Below the pieces are notes generated by a model. That model was not told the origin of the DNA and searched no databases. It saw nothing but the letters and a program-made list of their open reading frames with translations. This document shows, piece by piece, positions 63,344-64,000 of a DNA stretch of 64,000 bases. Each line of letters begins with the position of its first letter. Within the stretch, counting starts at the first letter, position 1. Source of the stretch: Clostridia bacterium (lineage in GTDB: Bacteria; Bacillota; Clostridia; Oscillospirales; QAKW01). The position numbers were made by a program, and so were the translations under genes. The DNA lies in the NCBI GenBank assembly GCA_017937065.1, contig JAGBEI010000018.1:21105-85104 (forward strand), given 5' to 3'.

Positions 63344-64000
63344 CTAACCTCTGTAATAATTCAGTTTTTTCTCGATATACCCGAACAATACCGTAAGCAG
63401 TCCGTTAAAGAGCAGGTAATATACGCCCGTAAAGAACAGCGGCCAGATGACGCCCGAGCTTTTTATAAAGTCCTGACCCGCCCAGATAATCTCATACACC
63501 AGAATAATGCGCGCAAGCGACGTGTCCTTGACAAGCGTTATAACCTCGTTGGACATGGGCGCCGTAATGCGCTTTACAACCTGCATGAGAACGACTCTGA
63601 AAAATATCTGCGGCTTTGTCATGCCCAGCACCTGACCCGCCTCGTACTGACCGCGCGGTATGCTCTCAATCCCGCCGCGGTAAATTTCGGAAAAATAGCA
63701 GGCGTAATTCAATATAAACGCGGTAAACACCGCGGCGTTTCTGCCCCAGTCGCCCGTGCCCCATATGTTATAGCCGAAAATTTTGCCGGGACCGTAAAAA
63801 ATTATAAGAAGCTGGAGCATAAGCGGAGTTCCGCGCACAACCCAGACAAGCGTTTTCACAAACCACTTGAGCGGCCTCCAGCGGCTCATTGACCCGAATG
63901 CGATAATAAGCCCCAGCGGCAGCGCGCCCAAAAGCGTAACGCAAAATATCTCAAAGGTTTTGAGAAAGCCCTCGTTCAAGGCAATTATAACTGTCTGAAA
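63344..64000 (-). CDS. Amino acid ABC transporter permease (His/Glu/Gln/Arg/opine family), probably 5'-truncated by the window end
   Basis: The family's EAA-type loop is present (EAGQVLGMTKPQIFFRVVLMQ). The frame stays open upstream of the TTG at 63979 to position 64000, so the true start may lie outside the window. Confidence 0.88.
   Translation of the reverse strand, partial: FQTVIIALNEGFLKTFEIFCVTLLGALPLGLIIAFGSMSRWRPLKWFVKTLVWVVRGTPLMLQLLIIFYGPGKIFGYNIWGTGDWGRNAAVFTAFILNYACYFSEIYRGGIESIPRGQYEAGQVLGMTKPQIFFRVVLMQVVKRITAPMSNEVITLVKDTSLARIILVYEIIWAGQDFIKSSGVIWPLFFTGVYYLLFNGLLTVLFGYIEKKLNYYRG

Overview
The window looks like a chromosomal segment of a fairly GC-rich, spore-forming Firmicute, probably Clostridia; no finer taxonomy can be supported. 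It is almost fully coding and mostly core genes.

Gene content, left to right:
- ftsY (partial) and smc.
- Three tandem M42 aminopeptidase paralogues.
- A rearranged dcw cell-wall/division cluster on the minus strand: mraZ-rsmH-ftsL-PBP-murE-murF-mraY-ftsW-murG-murA-ftsQ-ftsZ. murD is displaced behind an inserted rnpB plus polysaccharide deacetylase module, and no ftsA is present.
- A four-gene operon: glycyl radical enzyme (GRE), its activase, a Sip1/raffinose-synthase-like protein and a SAM methyltransferase, with a convergent WYL regulator.
- Two CNNM/CorC-type genes and a second polysaccharide deacetylase.
- A response regulator, histidine kinase and HtrA module.
- yigZ, rpsO-pnp and two tandem LtaS-like sulfatase-family genes.
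- cwlJ/gerQ-like spore genes.
- A low-GC type II restriction-modification islet.
- A stand-alone SLH protein.
- The glgBCDAP glycogen operon and a GH13 enzyme.
- A DAG-kinase-family lipid kinase, cca, and part of an amino-acid ABC transporter.

Most noteworthy:
1. The translationally coupled operon of a short eliminase-type GRE with a Sip1-like protein. I know of no characterised pathway with this pairing.
2. A 15-copy degenerate 22-24 nt tandem repeat array between the deacetylase gene and ftsZ.
3. A consensus mraZ promoter followed directly by three 11-nt-phased AAGTGG boxes.
4. The low-GC R-M islet.
5. An LtaS paralogue whose conserved N-terminus has no canonical start codon.

All functional calls come from reading the translated ORFs and recognising motifs. 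No database search was run.
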